DNA from: a bacterium
GTDB lineage: Bacteria > Zhuqueibacterota > Zhuqueibacteria > Residuimicrobiales > Krinioviventaceae
Assembly (NCBI GenBank): GCA_963674595.2
Contig: CAXXFV010000016.1
Location: 736,001-800,000, forward strand
Direction: 5' to 3'
DNA: 64,000 nt
Under the pieces are notes generated by a model. That model was not told the DNA's origin, searched no databases, and saw only the letters and a list, made by a program, of their open reading frames with translations. Shown in pieces: positions 19,539 through 30,619 of this stretch (within the stretch, counting starts at the first letter, position 1; each line of letters begins with the position of its first letter). Position numbers and translations under genes: made by a program.

Positions 19539-20954
19539 TTATTTTTGTTTTCCTTTTTCAAACCAGTAATGTTCGATCTGTTCCAGGGTCTTGCCTTTTG
19601 TTTCCGGGACCAGTTTCCAGGTAATTAAAAACGCCGGAATACACAGGACGGCAAAAAACCAGAACGTACCGGGTTCACCCATGTTTTCAAAAAACCAGGG
19701 GACAAGTTGTCCGATAAGATAGGTGCCTATCCACAGAGAAAAGGTAGCAATCGCCATTGCCCGGCCTCTGATATAGGTGGGATAAATTTCCGACAAAAGC
19801 GTCCAGATAACCGGACCAAACGAAAAGGCAAAACAGGCAATATACAAGAGTACGAAAATTAAAAGCCAGATTCCGTTGGCTATATTTAAATAGAAAAAGA
19901 GACCAATTAATATAAGAAATATAAACAAACCGGAAACACCCACCATCAACAGCGGTCTTCTGCCAAAATGGTCGATTTTCCAGATGGCGACAAGTGTAAA
20001 CAATACGTTAATCACGCCGATGATGACCTGACTGTTTAATGAACCGCCGACACCGAATCCTGCTTTTTCGAAAATACGTGGACCGTAATAGATGATCGTA
20101 TTAATTCCGGTCAATTGGGACAATATCGCCAGAGACACACCGATAAATAAGGCCAGGCGCAAGCCAGGTTTGAATAATTGGCTTAATGAACCGGTTTCCT
20201 GTTCCAAGGTTTGTCGAATTTCCTGCATTTCTTTTTTTGCTTCTGTGGTACCGACAACCCGTGCCAAAATGCCTTCTGCTTTTTCAGCATGTCCTTTTGC
20301 CGTCAACCACCTTGGACTTTTGGGTACAAAAAATAACAGCAGAAAAAACAAAATTGCGGGTATTGTTTCCGCACCGAACATGCTACGCCAGACCTCATCC
20401 GTAACCACCCATTGTGTAAACGACCACCCGTCCTGAATGGTTGATTTGGTGGCCATCGTTAATAAAAGTGCATTAGAATAATAGGCACAAAGAATACCGA
20501 CGGTTATGGCAAACTGATATAGAGAAACCAAACGTCCCCGGTATTGCGGAGAGGAAATTTCAGAAATATACAGGGGAGATAACATGGACGCCATGCCGAC
20601 ACCGAGTCCGCCGATTAAACGATAAATAATTAGCATGGATTGGGTTATAGCAATCATACAACCAGCGGCTGATACGGCAAACAGAATGGCGGACACGAAT
20701 AACATTCGTTTCCGTCCGAATTTATCAGACAGTGGACCGGCAAAAGCCACGCCGATGATACATCCCAATAATGCAGACCCAACAAACCATCCTTCCATAA
20801 CAGCGTTGAGAGTGAATTTATGTTTTACAAAACCGACAGTCCCTGAAATAACAGCGGTATCAAATCCAAACAAAAAACCGCCCAGTGCGGCAACAAGAGA
20901 AATCGCGAAAAGATATTTCAGACTTCCGTTTTGTGTATTCGAGTTGGTGCTCAT
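19539..20954 (-). CDS. MFS sugar porter (XylE/AraE-like)
   Basis: Motifs GFLFGFDTAVISG, DKFGRK, PLYISE, P.SPRWL, QLTGIN..IYY, GPVIW..LSEIYP and PETKGKTLEQI. Confidence 0.95.
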   Translation of the reverse strand: MSTNSNTQNGSLKYLFAISLVAALGGFLFGFDTAVISGTVGFVKHKFTLNAVMEGWFVGSALLGCIIGVAFAGPLSDKFGRKRMLFVSAILFAVSAAGCMIAITQSMLIIYRLIGGLGVGMASMLSPLYISEISSPQYRGRLVSLYQFAITVGILCAYYSNALLLTMATKSTIQDGWSFTQWVVTDEVWRSMFGAETIPAILFFLLLFFVPKSPRWLTAKGHAEKAEGILARVVGTTEAKKEMQEIRQTLEQETGSLSQLFKPGLRLALFIGVSLAILSQLTGINTIIYYGPRIFEKAGFGVGGSLNSQVIIGVINVLFTLVAIWKIDHFGRRPLLMVGVSGLFIFLILIGLFFYLNIANGIWLLIFVLLYIACFAFSFGPVIWTLLSEIYPTYIRGRAMAIATFSLWIGTYLIGQLVPWFFENMGEPGTFWFFAVLCIPAFLITWKLVPETKGKTLEQIEHYWFEKGKQK

Positions 20955-21183
20955 TTAATTCTCCTTTAGCCTATTTTACTTTTGGTCCAATATGGCGTTT
21001 TAGAATTTTTTTAAATATAAAGCGAATGATAAATTTATATGGAAAAATGATACAGGCAGAAAAATATAAAGAAATGTTGTGAATTATCCAAGATATAAGG
21101 TTATAAAATAACCAGGCCGGAAAATAAAATTGTAAAAATTCAATCTTGAAGATATAGATTTTTATTATCATATTGAGTTTGTT

Positions 21184-22905
21184 ATGGAAACTCTGATTAT
21201 ATATTCTAAAAAAGAAAAAAAATGGCTGAAATTTGATCAGCCAAAAGTGGTTTTGCGGGCAAACGCCCTTACCGAAATTAAAGATATGTTGGCTCATATT
21301 GATTTTTATTTGAATAAAGGATTTCACGTTGCCGGTTTTATGAGTTATGAAGCTGCGTCAGCTCTGGATTACGCTCTGCAGACTCATGAGCTAAAACACT
21401 TTCCCTATTGCTGGTTTGGGGTGTTTGAAGCACCGGTGCGGTTTAATTGTTTACCAGATAAAAACAAAGACTATTCCCTGTCCGATTGGCACCCCGAAAT
21501 TAATAAAGAAAAATATGTTCAGGATATAAAAAAGATAAAACAATACATAAAAGAGGGTTATACCTACCAGGTCAACTATACCTATAAGCTAAAAGGTAAA
21601 ATTAAGGGCGATCCGTTTTCTTTTTTTACTGATATAGCATCCAGGCAATCCGAACTGTATGCTGCTTATATTTATATAGACGGTTTTTCGATTTGTTCTT
21701 TTTCACCGGAACTGTTTTTTGAACTGGAAGGTGAAAATATTCAAACGCGCCCTATGAAAGGCACGGGTACCCGTGGGCGTTTTTTAAGTGAAGATATTTT
21801 AAACGCCGAAACACTGGCGGCATGTCCTAAAAATCGTGCTGAAAATGTCATGATTGTCGATATGCTGCGCAATGATCTCGGCCGTGTCGCTCAAATCGGA
21901 ACGGTCACTGTGCCTGAGCTTTACCATATAGAAACCTATCCGACGGTTTTACAAATGACATCAACCGTTCAGGCAAAAACCAATGCTCCTTTCAGTGAAA
22001 TTTTAGCAGCTCTTTTTCCCTGTGCTTCCATTACCGGCGCGCCAAAACCAAAAACCATGCAGATTATTGCCGAACTGGAACCTTTCCCGCGAAATATCTA
22101 TACCGGAAGCATCGGCTATATTTCACCGGACCGGTATGCACAGTTTAATGTGGCAATACGGACGGCATTGATCAATAAAAAAAACAATACGGTTGAATAC
22201 GGTGTTGGCGGCGGCATTGTTTGGGACTCGGATATGGAGAGCGAATGGCAGGAAAGTATTATCAAATCAAAAGTACTAAAATATAAACAGCCCGAGTTTG
22301 ATCTTGTTGAAACACTGCTCTGGGAGCCGCAAAAAGGATTTAGACTTTTGGATTATCATTTGAAACGTCTGCGTGATTCAGCGAGATTTTTTGATTATCA
22401 TTTTTGTAAGGAAAAAATTTTGGATGCCTTGAGGTCGGCGGTGGTGCATTGTAACCAAAATTTTAGAGTACGTTTGCTTTTATCGAAAAAGGGGAGTATA
22501 GATATATCCATAACACCATTTGAAAAATCCGATAAAACAGTGAAAATAAAATTTGCCGAGACTCCCGTTGATTCATCCAATGTGTTTTTGTTTCACAAAA
22601 CAACACACCGGCCCTGGTATTCCGTAGAACACCGGGACCGGATTGATGATTTTCTTTTTTATAATGAAAAAGGGCACATTACCGAAACCACGATTTATAA
22701 CATTGTTGTTGAACATTGCGGTAAACAACTAACCCCGCTTATAACCTGCGGTTTGCTGAACGGGACCTATCGGCAATGGCTGTTGGACCAGGGTCAGGTA
22801 TCCGAAGGGATATTAACCCGTCAGGACGTTGAACAGGCAGAGGCTATCTATTTAATCAACTCGGTCCGCGGATGGCAAAAAGCGGTTTTGACGGACAATT
22901 CCTAA
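21184..22905 (+). CDS. pabB: Aminodeoxychorismate synthase component I fused to an aminodeoxychorismate lyase-like (class IV aminotransferase) domain
   Basis: YQVN, SPELF, TRPMKGT, KNRAENVMIVDMLRNDLG, FPCASITGAPK, FNVAIRT and GGGIVWDS, followed by LVET, HLKRL..SA, HKTT and GLLNGT.R. Confidence 0.92.
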   Translation: METLIIYSKKEKKWLKFDQPKVVLRANALTEIKDMLAHIDFYLNKGFHVAGFMSYEAASALDYALQTHELKHFPYCWFGVFEAPVRFNCLPDKNKDYSLSDWHPEINKEKYVQDIKKIKQYIKEGYTYQVNYTYKLKGKIKGDPFSFFTDIASRQSELYAAYIYIDGFSICSFSPELFFELEGENIQTRPMKGTGTRGRFLSEDILNAETLAACPKNRAENVMIVDMLRNDLGRVAQIGTVTVPELYHIETYPTVLQMTSTVQAKTNAPFSEILAALFPCASITGAPKPKTMQIIAELEPFPRNIYTGSIGYISPDRYAQFNVAIRTALINKKNNTVEYGVGGGIVWDSDMESEWQESIIKSKVLKYKQPEFDLVETLLWEPQKGFRLLDYHLKRLRDSARFFDYHFCKEKILDALRSAVVHCNQNFRVRLLLSKKGSIDISITPFEKSDKTVKIKFAETPVDSSNVFLFHKTTHRPWYSVEHRDRIDDFLFYNEKGHITETTIYNIVVEHCGKQLTPLITCGLLNGTYRQWLLDQGQVSEGILTRQDVEQAEAIYLINSVRGWQKAVLTDNS

Positions 22906-24299
22906 TCAAAGGAAATGTTTTTACCGCCAAGAGCAAATGCCGCCTTATTACCGGGAAAGGCGGATGTTCCTGAAAAATTTTGTATTTTGAGGCCGTCTAC
23001 TTTATGGGATTCTATTGCATGTCCGTAATAATCCGGGGGATTTGTTCCCCATTGTACGGAACAGTTTTTCAATGTTATCTGTTCAGCCTCATCGATTAAA
23101 AATCCGCATGTTTCTCTTTTTACCAGTCCATCAATGGCTGTGGGGCGCTGATCATAAACGCCGCCGTCATGTTTGGTCCATTTTTTAATCTCAACCTGAA
23201 CATTTTCGAAAAGGATATTTTCCGGTCTGGCGTCGGAGCATCCTTTTATATAAACTCCGTTTTCACTTTTGCAGATAATATTGTTAAAGCGAATATTTTT
23301 TACCTTGCCAACCTCGGTTTGTTTATCGTTGTTTGGAAACCGGTAGGGACTGGCGTCTGTGTTTCGGGGAATAGATGTTACATATATCGGCTCGGACTTG
23401 CCCCACCAGATATTATCGAAAAACCGGCTTTCAATAATGCAATTGGAAAAGATGACGTTTTCAACACATCCTTCGTCCCGGTTTTGAATGCCGATACCGC
23501 GATTGCTGGATGAAATGATACATGAATCCACGACCATATTACGAATGGCGTCCATGTTTTCACTTCCCAGTTTAATGGCGCAGCTTGTGGAAATGAGTGT
23601 ACAGCCGGTAACGGTTATGTTTTCACAAGGGCCATATTCGGCGTATTCGCGGCGGGTTTTCGGACAAATACAGTCATCTCCCGATTCGATATAGCAGTCA
23701 CTGATACGTACATTGCGGCTGTGGTCAGGATCGATGCCGTCACAGTTTGGCACTTTGAGGCCGTTTAAAATTCGAATGCCATGCACAACAACATCCTCGC
23801 AGCCGACCAAATGAACACACCAATAAGCGGCATTGCTTAATATAACATCTTTGATAGTGACGTTTTTACATCCGATGAGCGTCAACAAATGCGGACGCGG
23901 ATCAAAATCTGTTATCGGTTTTAATTTATAAATTGCCGGTAATTCTTTTTCCATAAATAAATGGCCCTGGCCGTCGATTTCTCCGCCGCCGGTAATGCTG
24001 ATATTCTCGGCATCATCGCCGCCTATCCATATCGTACCTTCGGCGCGGTTTTCGCGAAAAGCGCTTTCCGTATATACGGATTCGTCTGGATTGGCAATTA
24101 TTTTTGCCCCTCGTTCAACATATAATTCAACAAAAGATTTTAATTTAAATGGTCCGGTTAAAAATTGGTGTCCTGCCGGAAAAACGACACGGCCGCCGCC
24201 ATTGCCGGAACATGTGTCAATTGTTTTTTGGATTGCTGCTGCGTTATCTGTTTTGGCGTCACCTTTGGCGCCAAAGTCCAGAACAGAATATAAAGTCAT
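22902..24299 (-). CDS. GH28 glycoside hydrolase (polygalacturonase-like)
   Basis: Motifs DFGAKGD, PNCDGIDPD, SGDDCI..K and AIKLGSE, with beta-helix repeats. Confidence 0.9.
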   Translation of the reverse strand: MTLYSVLDFGAKGDAKTDNAAAIQKTIDTCSGNGGGRVVFPAGHQFLTGPFKLKSFVELYVERGAKIIANPDESVYTESAFRENRAEGTIWIGGDDAENISITGGGEIDGQGHLFMEKELPAIYKLKPITDFDPRPHLLTLIGCKNVTIKDVILSNAAYWCVHLVGCEDVVVHGIRILNGLKVPNCDGIDPDHSRNVRISDCYIESGDDCICPKTRREYAEYGPCENITVTGCTLISTSCAIKLGSENMDAIRNMVVDSCIISSSNRGIGIQNRDEGCVENVIFSNCIIESRFFDNIWWGKSEPIYVTSIPRNTDASPYRFPNNDKQTEVGKVKNIRFNNIICKSENGVYIKGCSDARPENILFENVQVEIKKWTKHDGGVYDQRPTAIDGLVKRETCGFLIDEAEQITLKNCSVQWGTNPPDYYGHAIESHKVDGLKIQNFSGTSAFPGNKAAFALGGKNISFD

Positions 24300-24501
24300 G
24301 AAACCTCCGGGTTAATATTTAATCCGTGTTAATATAATGAAAAAACCTTTTTTTTCAGATAAAAAAAGATTTGTTTTACCTGATAAAATTATTATGTTGA
24401 CATATACCAGTATATTTCAGGGATACTGCAACAAGTAAAGAATGTATGATGGTTGTTTAAGATATTATTTTCGATTCTGTTAATTTAGACCAGGAGGGGT
24501 T

Positions 24502-26799
24502 TTGATGATGAACAATATTTTTTTTCGGGTCGTATTATCCAGTACATTGTTTTTATTTTACTCCTGCCTTTTTAGCAATCCTGTAGAGCCTCCTGTTGAT
24601 TATAAAAGTCTGTATGAACAATTGACGCAAATAGAATTAGACGAGAATTTAGTCTCAGAAATTAATGATATCTATTTAAAGCGTGATGTCGGTATTTTTC
24701 ATTTTAAAAAGGGGAATTTTTATATAACCAAACCAATTGGTGACCGAAGGACCGGTGCATTGTTTGTTGGTAAAGGTGTGTTTGGAATGAAACCGCCAAC
24801 CAAAATTGAGCAGGACCAGTTGGCCCGCTTTTTTAAAAAGGATTCCTTAAAACAGTCTTTCGGGATACTGTATATTATCTTTGCTGATTCGACCTTTGAA
24901 GAACTGTGCCGAAAGACGCGATTTCAACCGGGGAAAATAAGCAAAGATGCAAAAAATCATTTAAAGTACCTGGCTCATCAGGATGACGAAAGCGGCCGGT
25001 TTGAAACATCAATTATGAAAACATTTTTGGAGGGCAGGCATAATGAGTTATTTTATACACTTTTTTATAAAGATAAATTAGCAAAATTTACCTTTTCGGT
25101 TAATCCCTTTGGTATGGAAGAAATTCGGTTTCAGTCTCGGAAGGGTTTAATAAATCAGTTTCACCGGCAGCAGGATTATTTAAATCATACTGATTTTGAT
25201 AAAGAGTCAAAGGACGAATTTCATATACAAAATTATGATATTGAATGCACAATTCCCAAAAATTTGGATTTTTCTGCTCATACAAAGCTTGATTTTAAAA
25301 TGATTGATTCGCAATCAAAGTGGATTTATTTTTATATACATGATGATCTGGAAGTCGATTCTGTAAAATGGGGTGACGGTTCAACGGCCCATTTTTTTCA
25401 TCATAAAAATAATCCGGTAGTTTGGGTTTATAGAAATGATTTTAATCCCGATGAATGTTGCAAACTGTCATTTTATTACCATGGGGATTATTTCAATATT
25501 GACAATTATGGGAATCCGGATTTAAAGTCCACCACGCGATGGTACCCTCAAAGATGGAATGTCGGCCCGAATCCTGTATTCAACATGACATTTCACACAC
25601 ATAAAAGCTTTGATTTTATAGCAAGCGGTGATAAAATTTCTGAAGAAAGTAATGATGATTTTATTACCACGAAATGGAAAACCCCGGGACCGGCTGTTCA
25701 TGCGTCCTTTTGTGTCGGTTATTTTGCTGTTGAGACGGTTCAGGACGAAAGAATTCCACCGATTTCAGCCTATATGTTTGAAAAAGGGCATATACAGAAA
25801 ACTCAAAACCTCGCTGAACGTGGTGTTATCTCCGGACAGAACATGGCTAAACAGGTTGTTGAAGATGTGGCGAACAGTCTTTTCTTTTATCAAAACGTGT
25901 TTGGTGAAACAAATGTCAGTCATTTTAACGCCACAGAAATTATGAAAAAGTATGGGCAGGCATTTCCCGGTATGATACAATTATCCTGGTGGACTTTTCA
26001 AAAGCGAAACCTTGCTGGGTATTCAGAATTGTTTCGGGCTCATGAAGTAGCTCATCAATGGTGGGGATTGGGCCTGGGTTTTCGATTTTATCATGATCAA
26101 TGGCTGGATGAAGCGCTTGCGACATTTTCCGCCCTGTGGTATCTACAGACGGTTTTTCAGGATAATAATAAATATTTTAACATTTTAAAGGAATATCAAC
26201 ACGAGATTTTTAACAATAGAAATTATTTGGTTAAAGACGGACTGGAAGCCGGGCCGGTGTGGCTGGGAAACCGGACCAACACCGTAGCAACAAATGGTGA
26301 TTATGATTTGATTGTTTACAAAAAGGGCGCCTGGATCATGCACATGCTTCGGGTTATAATGCTGGACTTGAGGGATATGAACGAAGACCGTTTTATTAAT
26401 ATGCTTCGGGATTATTATCAAACATATAAAGGTAAAAAAGTTACAACGACGGATTTTTTCAATATTGTTTCAAAACATGTAGATCAGGACATGTCCTGGT
26501 TTTTTGATCAATGGGTCTATGGTGTTGACATCCCGGAATATAAATTCTCTTATTCAATCAAAGAAACCAATATGGGCAGATATTGGGTCAATTGTCGTAT
26601 TTTGCAGAAAAATATGCCGGATGATTTCAAAGCCTACGCTATTGTTGCTGTAGATTTTGGTAACAACCGTTTTGCCAGAAAACGGATTTTAATTGACAAG
26701 CCGGAAGTGCAATTCAAGTTTCCAACGTTTACAGAAAAACCGCTTAAAGTCATTTTTAACGATTTTAGCTCTGTTTTGTGTAAGGTTGAACTGGAGTAG
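24502..26799 (+). CDS. M1-family zinc aminopeptidase, secreted
   Basis: AHEVAHQWWG...WLDEALAT (HExxH-x18-E), VYKKGAW..HMLR and WFFDQWVY, with an N-terminal signal and an AGGAGG RBS. Confidence 0.88.
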   Translation: MMMNNIFFRVVLSSTLFLFYSCLFSNPVEPPVDYKSLYEQLTQIELDENLVSEINDIYLKRDVGIFHFKKGNFYITKPIGDRRTGALFVGKGVFGMKPPTKIEQDQLARFFKKDSLKQSFGILYIIFADSTFEELCRKTRFQPGKISKDAKNHLKYLAHQDDESGRFETSIMKTFLEGRHNELFYTLFYKDKLAKFTFSVNPFGMEEIRFQSRKGLINQFHRQQDYLNHTDFDKESKDEFHIQNYDIECTIPKNLDFSAHTKLDFKMIDSQSKWIYFYIHDDLEVDSVKWGDGSTAHFFHHKNNPVVWVYRNDFNPDECCKLSFYYHGDYFNIDNYGNPDLKSTTRWYPQRWNVGPNPVFNMTFHTHKSFDFIASGDKISEESNDDFITTKWKTPGPAVHASFCVGYFAVETVQDERIPPISAYMFEKGHIQKTQNLAERGVISGQNMAKQVVEDVANSLFFYQNVFGETNVSHFNATEIMKKYGQAFPGMIQLSWWTFQKRNLAGYSELFRAHEVAHQWWGLGLGFRFYHDQWLDEALATFSALWYLQTVFQDNNKYFNILKEYQHEIFNNRNYLVKDGLEAGPVWLGNRTNTVATNGDYDLIVYKKGAWIMHMLRVIMLDLRDMNEDRFINMLRDYYQTYKGKKVTTTDFFNIVSKHVDQDMSWFFDQWVYGVDIPEYKFSYSIKETNMGRYWVNCRILQKNMPDDFKAYAIVAVDFGNNRFARKRILIDKPEVQFKFPTFTEKPLKVIFNDFSSVLCKVELE

Positions 26800-26902
26800 G
26801 TTGCCGTGTTGGGGCGACAATCTGCTTAAAAAAAACTCCCTTTTTAAAATTTGGGGACATTGGATAATTATATAACCATTCACATAAATACAAGGATTCT
26901 AT

Positions 26903-27904
26903 ATGAGATGTGTGTTTTTAGCGTTAATGATTTTTATAACAAGCGGTTATGCGCAGCAATCAACGGCACGGTTTTTACTTTGGCAGCCCAGCGCCCGGTC
27001 CATGGCCATGGGCGGAGTTGGTACGGCCTTGCATGAGAACGGCTTTTCCGCCTATTATAATCCGGCAGGATTAGGCTTTGCCAATTCACTACAGCTTGAC
27101 GGATCATTTACACGGCCTTATTCCTTTTTCGAAAACATGACTCATTTTTACTCATCGCTGGTACTTCCAGGAACAAATCTTGGTGTGTTTGCTCTTTCTT
27201 TTAATGCTATTTGGAAAGACATAGATGCTGTTTGTTCTGAGGTCGGCCCCGATGTATTCAGAATTGATGATGATTTGAGTTGGAGCAACCCGACACATTT
27301 TGATGCCAAGCTGACTTATGCTTTGCTTCTATCAAAAAATGTTACAATGGGAATGAATGTCAGTTTTTTCAAGATGAATACAACAAAAGTATTTATAAAC
27401 GAGAGAGATACTTTTTTTAATTTATTATTTGGGTGTGGAATATTAGCTAAAAATCTATTTTCAAATCTAACCTATCGTGACGGCCGGGTGAACAAAAATG
27501 TCAATTCCGGAATTAGTTTGGGGTGTGCTGTTTTAAATGCCGGGCAGAAAATTATATTTATCGATGCCCAACAGGCAGACCCGCCGCCGACATACATGAT
27601 GCTGGGTTGCACTTATACGCCTGTTATTATGGAAAATTTTTCCTGGCTGGTAGCGGCTGATTTTGAAAAACAACTGTTTGAATCGTCTGTTTTTGATTAT
27701 GTGCATTTCGGGACTGAAGCCCGGTTGTTTGATATTATTAATCTTCGTACCGGCTATGCTCTTGATACTTATGAATCTCAGACTTCCTATGCGACCTATG
27801 GTTTTGGCCTTTGTCTGTTTTTCTTTGATTTAAATGTTGCCCGTTACAACCGTTCTTTATTACCGGCCTGGCATTTTGAGGCCTCTGTAAAAATGGAGAT
27901 ATAA
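26903..27904 (+). CDS. PorV/PorQ-family outer-membrane beta-barrel protein
   Basis: Signal peptide, FLLWQPSARSMAMGG...YYNPAGL, QQADPPPT, LRTGY and TYGFGL. Confidence 0.85.
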   Translation: MRCVFLALMIFITSGYAQQSTARFLLWQPSARSMAMGGVGTALHENGFSAYYNPAGLGFANSLQLDGSFTRPYSFFENMTHFYSSLVLPGTNLGVFALSFNAIWKDIDAVCSEVGPDVFRIDDDLSWSNPTHFDAKLTYALLLSKNVTMGMNVSFFKMNTTKVFINERDTFFNLLFGCGILAKNLFSNLTYRDGRVNKNVNSGISLGCAVLNAGQKIIFIDAQQADPPPTYMMLGCTYTPVIMENFSWLVAADFEKQLFESSVFDYVHFGTEARLFDIINLRTGYALDTYESQTSYATYGFGLCLFFFDLNVARYNRSLLPAWHFEASVKMEI

Positions 27905-27906
27905 AA

Positions 27907-28293
27907 ATGAAAAAATTATTGTTTTTAATATGTATGACAGTATTGTTTGCCTGCGAGTCCCCGACTATTATGGCTATTGTTAAAGATGGTGAAAGTGTGG
28001 ACCAGCTTAATAATGCCAAGTTTGTGCTTTACCAAAATTACCCAAATCCATTTAATCCAACAACGTCAATTGAATATAAAGTATATGCCCCTGTGAAATT
28101 GCAAATGAATGTGTACACCGAAGACTGGCAAAAGGTGGCCACAATTGTCGATGGGTATCATGAACCTAAATCTTATCAAGTTTGTTTTTCATGCAGAACG
28201 GATAATAATGATGAATTACCAAGCGGGGAATATTTTTATACTCTTGAGGGCGATGGTGTGGTTCTGGTCCGCCGGATGAAACTTGTTAAATAA
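27907..28293 (+). CDS. Small lipoprotein consisting mainly of a T9SS-type/FlgD-like C-terminal sorting domain
   Basis: Lipobox LFAC, then LYQNYPNPFNPTTSIEY...LPSGEYFYTL...RRMKLVK. Confidence 0.82.
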   Translation: MKKLLFLICMTVLFACESPTIMAIVKDGESVDQLNNAKFVLYQNYPNPFNPTTSIEYKVYAPVKLQMNVYTEDWQKVATIVDGYHEPKSYQVCFSCRTDNNDELPSGEYFYTLEGDGVVLVRRMKLVK

Positions 28294-28364
28294 GGACCAT
28301 TTTATATCAGGCGAATATAGAGGATAATCCATTGTTCATTTTCAGAAAAAATGAAAGGGAACTG

Positions 28365-30362
28365 ATGCGTCGAAATAATTACACAGAACCGAAATTTATA
28401 AATCTGCAAAAAGCTTTAATATGGGTGTTTGTTACAATGTTGATCGTTTCCGGCACCGTAAGGGGTGCGGAACAGGACAAATCTTTTCGTATTTTGGAAA
28501 AACCGGAAAAGTGGATCTGTTGTCAGACAGAAAATTTTACCATTTTTAGCAATGCCAAAGAGAAAAAGACAAAAAATATCGGTCTTAAGCTGGAAATGTT
28601 TCGCAAAACACTGCAGTTGCTTTCCGGTATAGCATCACTCAATTCTCCTGTTCCCACCTATATTTTTGTGTTTAAAGATGACAAGTCTTTTGAACCTTTT
28701 ATATATGAAAGAAGCAAAGAATCAGCCCAGGTGATTGGATTTTTTATTAATCATTCCGATGCCAACTATATTGCGCTCAATGCGGAACATCCTGATTTGC
28801 AGACGATTTTTCATGAGTATATTCATTTTTTTGTTGAATACAATATGCCGGCTTTACCCTTGTGGTATAACGAAGGTCTGGCTGAGTATTACAGCACCAT
28901 GGAAATTGACGATGATAAAGTTGTGGTCGGGCGTGTTATAGACAATCATTTGGCATTTTTATGGACTGTCGGGAAAATTAATCTACAAGAATTATATAAT
29001 ACAGAGTATGGTGCTTTAAATTATGAAAATGCGGACGATGCAATTAATTTTTATGCACAATCCTGGTTGTTTATACATTATCTTTTTCACAGCGGCAATA
29101 ATGAATTGTTGGCCCAGGTGGACAAATTTATTAATTTTACAAGTCAGGGAAAGGATCCAAAAGAGGCCTTTCAAACTGCTTTTTCTGCCGGTGATTCTTT
29201 TTACGAAAACGAACTTTTGGGATATTCGCAGCAAAAACATTTCAAATGCACCATGATTCGTTCTGATGAATTGCATGTAAATGAACAAGTCGATATTTCT
29301 CCGCTCAATTATGACGATACGCTTTATCGTTTGGGTGATTTGTTGGCAAGAACCGGTAAGGGGCAATTTGATGACGCTAATAAGTTTTTTGCCAAGTCTG
29401 TCTCTGTTAATCCGGATTTTGCGTTAGCTTATACCGGGCTGGCTTACCTGGCTGAAAAAAAAGGTGAAAGACAAACAGCCTTGGAATATTGTCAGCAAGC
29501 TGTTGAAAAGGCCCCACTTGATCCGTTTGTGCAGTATAAATATGGCCGTTGTTTAATTTCTACACAGATTATAAATCATTTTCTTCGCACACAGGAAGCT
29601 GAAGCGGCTGTTAAAGCACGCGGGGCATTCCAGGTTGTTATAAATAACAAACCTGAGTTAATCGACGCTTATGCCGGATTTGGAGAAACCTTTATTTATG
29701 ACAAATCCAGCCCTGCGACACCGGGAATTGCTGCACTGCAGGTTGCCCTGAAAAAGATGCCGTCCCGAATGGATGTTGCAACAAATCTGCTTATACTTTA
29801 TGGTCGAAAGGGAGATTTAAAAAGCGCCCACTATATATATGATAATATTATAAAACCACGTGGTAATCTTTTTGACGTGAAAACTGCTGAAGAAAAACTG
29901 CTTTCTTTTAAGATTGAACAATATGGAAAAGAGCTTGCTCATGGAAATCGTCAACAAGCTTTGGAAAATTTGAAAAAAATTCAATCGACTGTAAAGGATA
30001 AAAATTTACAGGAACGAATTAATAACATGTTGGCAAAGGACGATTATTTATATTATCATGACCTATATTTAAAAGCTTCAAGAATCGGTGATGAACATGA
30101 CTTTGAACAGGCTTATAAATTGTTGAATGAGGTTATTAAAGGTTGCCGGGATTCTGTTTTGGTAAGTGACAGTCGTAAGCATTACAGACGGTTGACCCTA
30201 AAACAGCATGTACAGTGGTTTAATGAGGCAAGGGCGTTTTTTCGCGAGAACCAGTTTGCGAAAGCAAAGGTGTTGTTGGAAAAAATTGTCGCAAACCCGG
30301 TTGATCAAAATCTTGCTAAAGAAGCTCAGGAATTTTTGGATTTTATTTTAAAAAACAGCTAG
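28365..30362 (+). CDS. DUF1570/peptidase-MA-like zincin with TPR repeats
   Basis: FHEYIHF...PLWYNEGLAEY and FYAQSWLFIHYL, with C-terminal TPR repeats (NPDFALAYTGLA). Confidence 0.75.
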   Translation: MRRNNYTEPKFINLQKALIWVFVTMLIVSGTVRGAEQDKSFRILEKPEKWICCQTENFTIFSNAKEKKTKNIGLKLEMFRKTLQLLSGIASLNSPVPTYIFVFKDDKSFEPFIYERSKESAQVIGFFINHSDANYIALNAEHPDLQTIFHEYIHFFVEYNMPALPLWYNEGLAEYYSTMEIDDDKVVVGRVIDNHLAFLWTVGKINLQELYNTEYGALNYENADDAINFYAQSWLFIHYLFHSGNNELLAQVDKFINFTSQGKDPKEAFQTAFSAGDSFYENELLGYSQQKHFKCTMIRSDELHVNEQVDISPLNYDDTLYRLGDLLARTGKGQFDDANKFFAKSVSVNPDFALAYTGLAYLAEKKGERQTALEYCQQAVEKAPLDPFVQYKYGRCLISTQIINHFLRTQEAEAAVKARGAFQVVINNKPELIDAYAGFGETFIYDKSSPATPGIAALQVALKKMPSRMDVATNLLILYGRKGDLKSAHYIYDNIIKPRGNLFDVKTAEEKLLSFKIEQYGKELAHGNRQQALENLKKIQSTVKDKNLQERINNMLAKDDYLYYHDLYLKASRIGDEHDFEQAYKLLNEVIKGCRDSVLVSDSRKHYRRLTLKQHVQWFNEARAFFRENQFAKAKVLLEKIVANPVDQNLAKEAQEFLDFILKNS

Positions 30363-30619
30363 TGTAAATATACCGGATCAGGCAGATATAATTCAGTTTT
30401 GGTGGTCAATTTTTTTTCAGGAATAGTTAATAAATTTGTTTGGTGCAAAATTTGCAATATATCACTGTGAAAGTTGTACTGAAATGTCAACGCCATAATA
30501 ACAATGAGTTATGATGGTAGTTAATTGTGTATATTCCCTATCATAACCGCAAGTATGTATTTTATGTCACAGTTTTGTTATTAAAAATGAGTTTGATAAC
30601 CAAAAAGCAAAATATTCCT

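Noticed and set aside
17350-21327. Antisense or overlapping ORFs (e.g. 17677..18222, 19042..19509, 20971..21327) and similar short ORFs across the window
   Set aside because: They are shadows of well-supported genes on the other strand or frame and have no motifs of their own.
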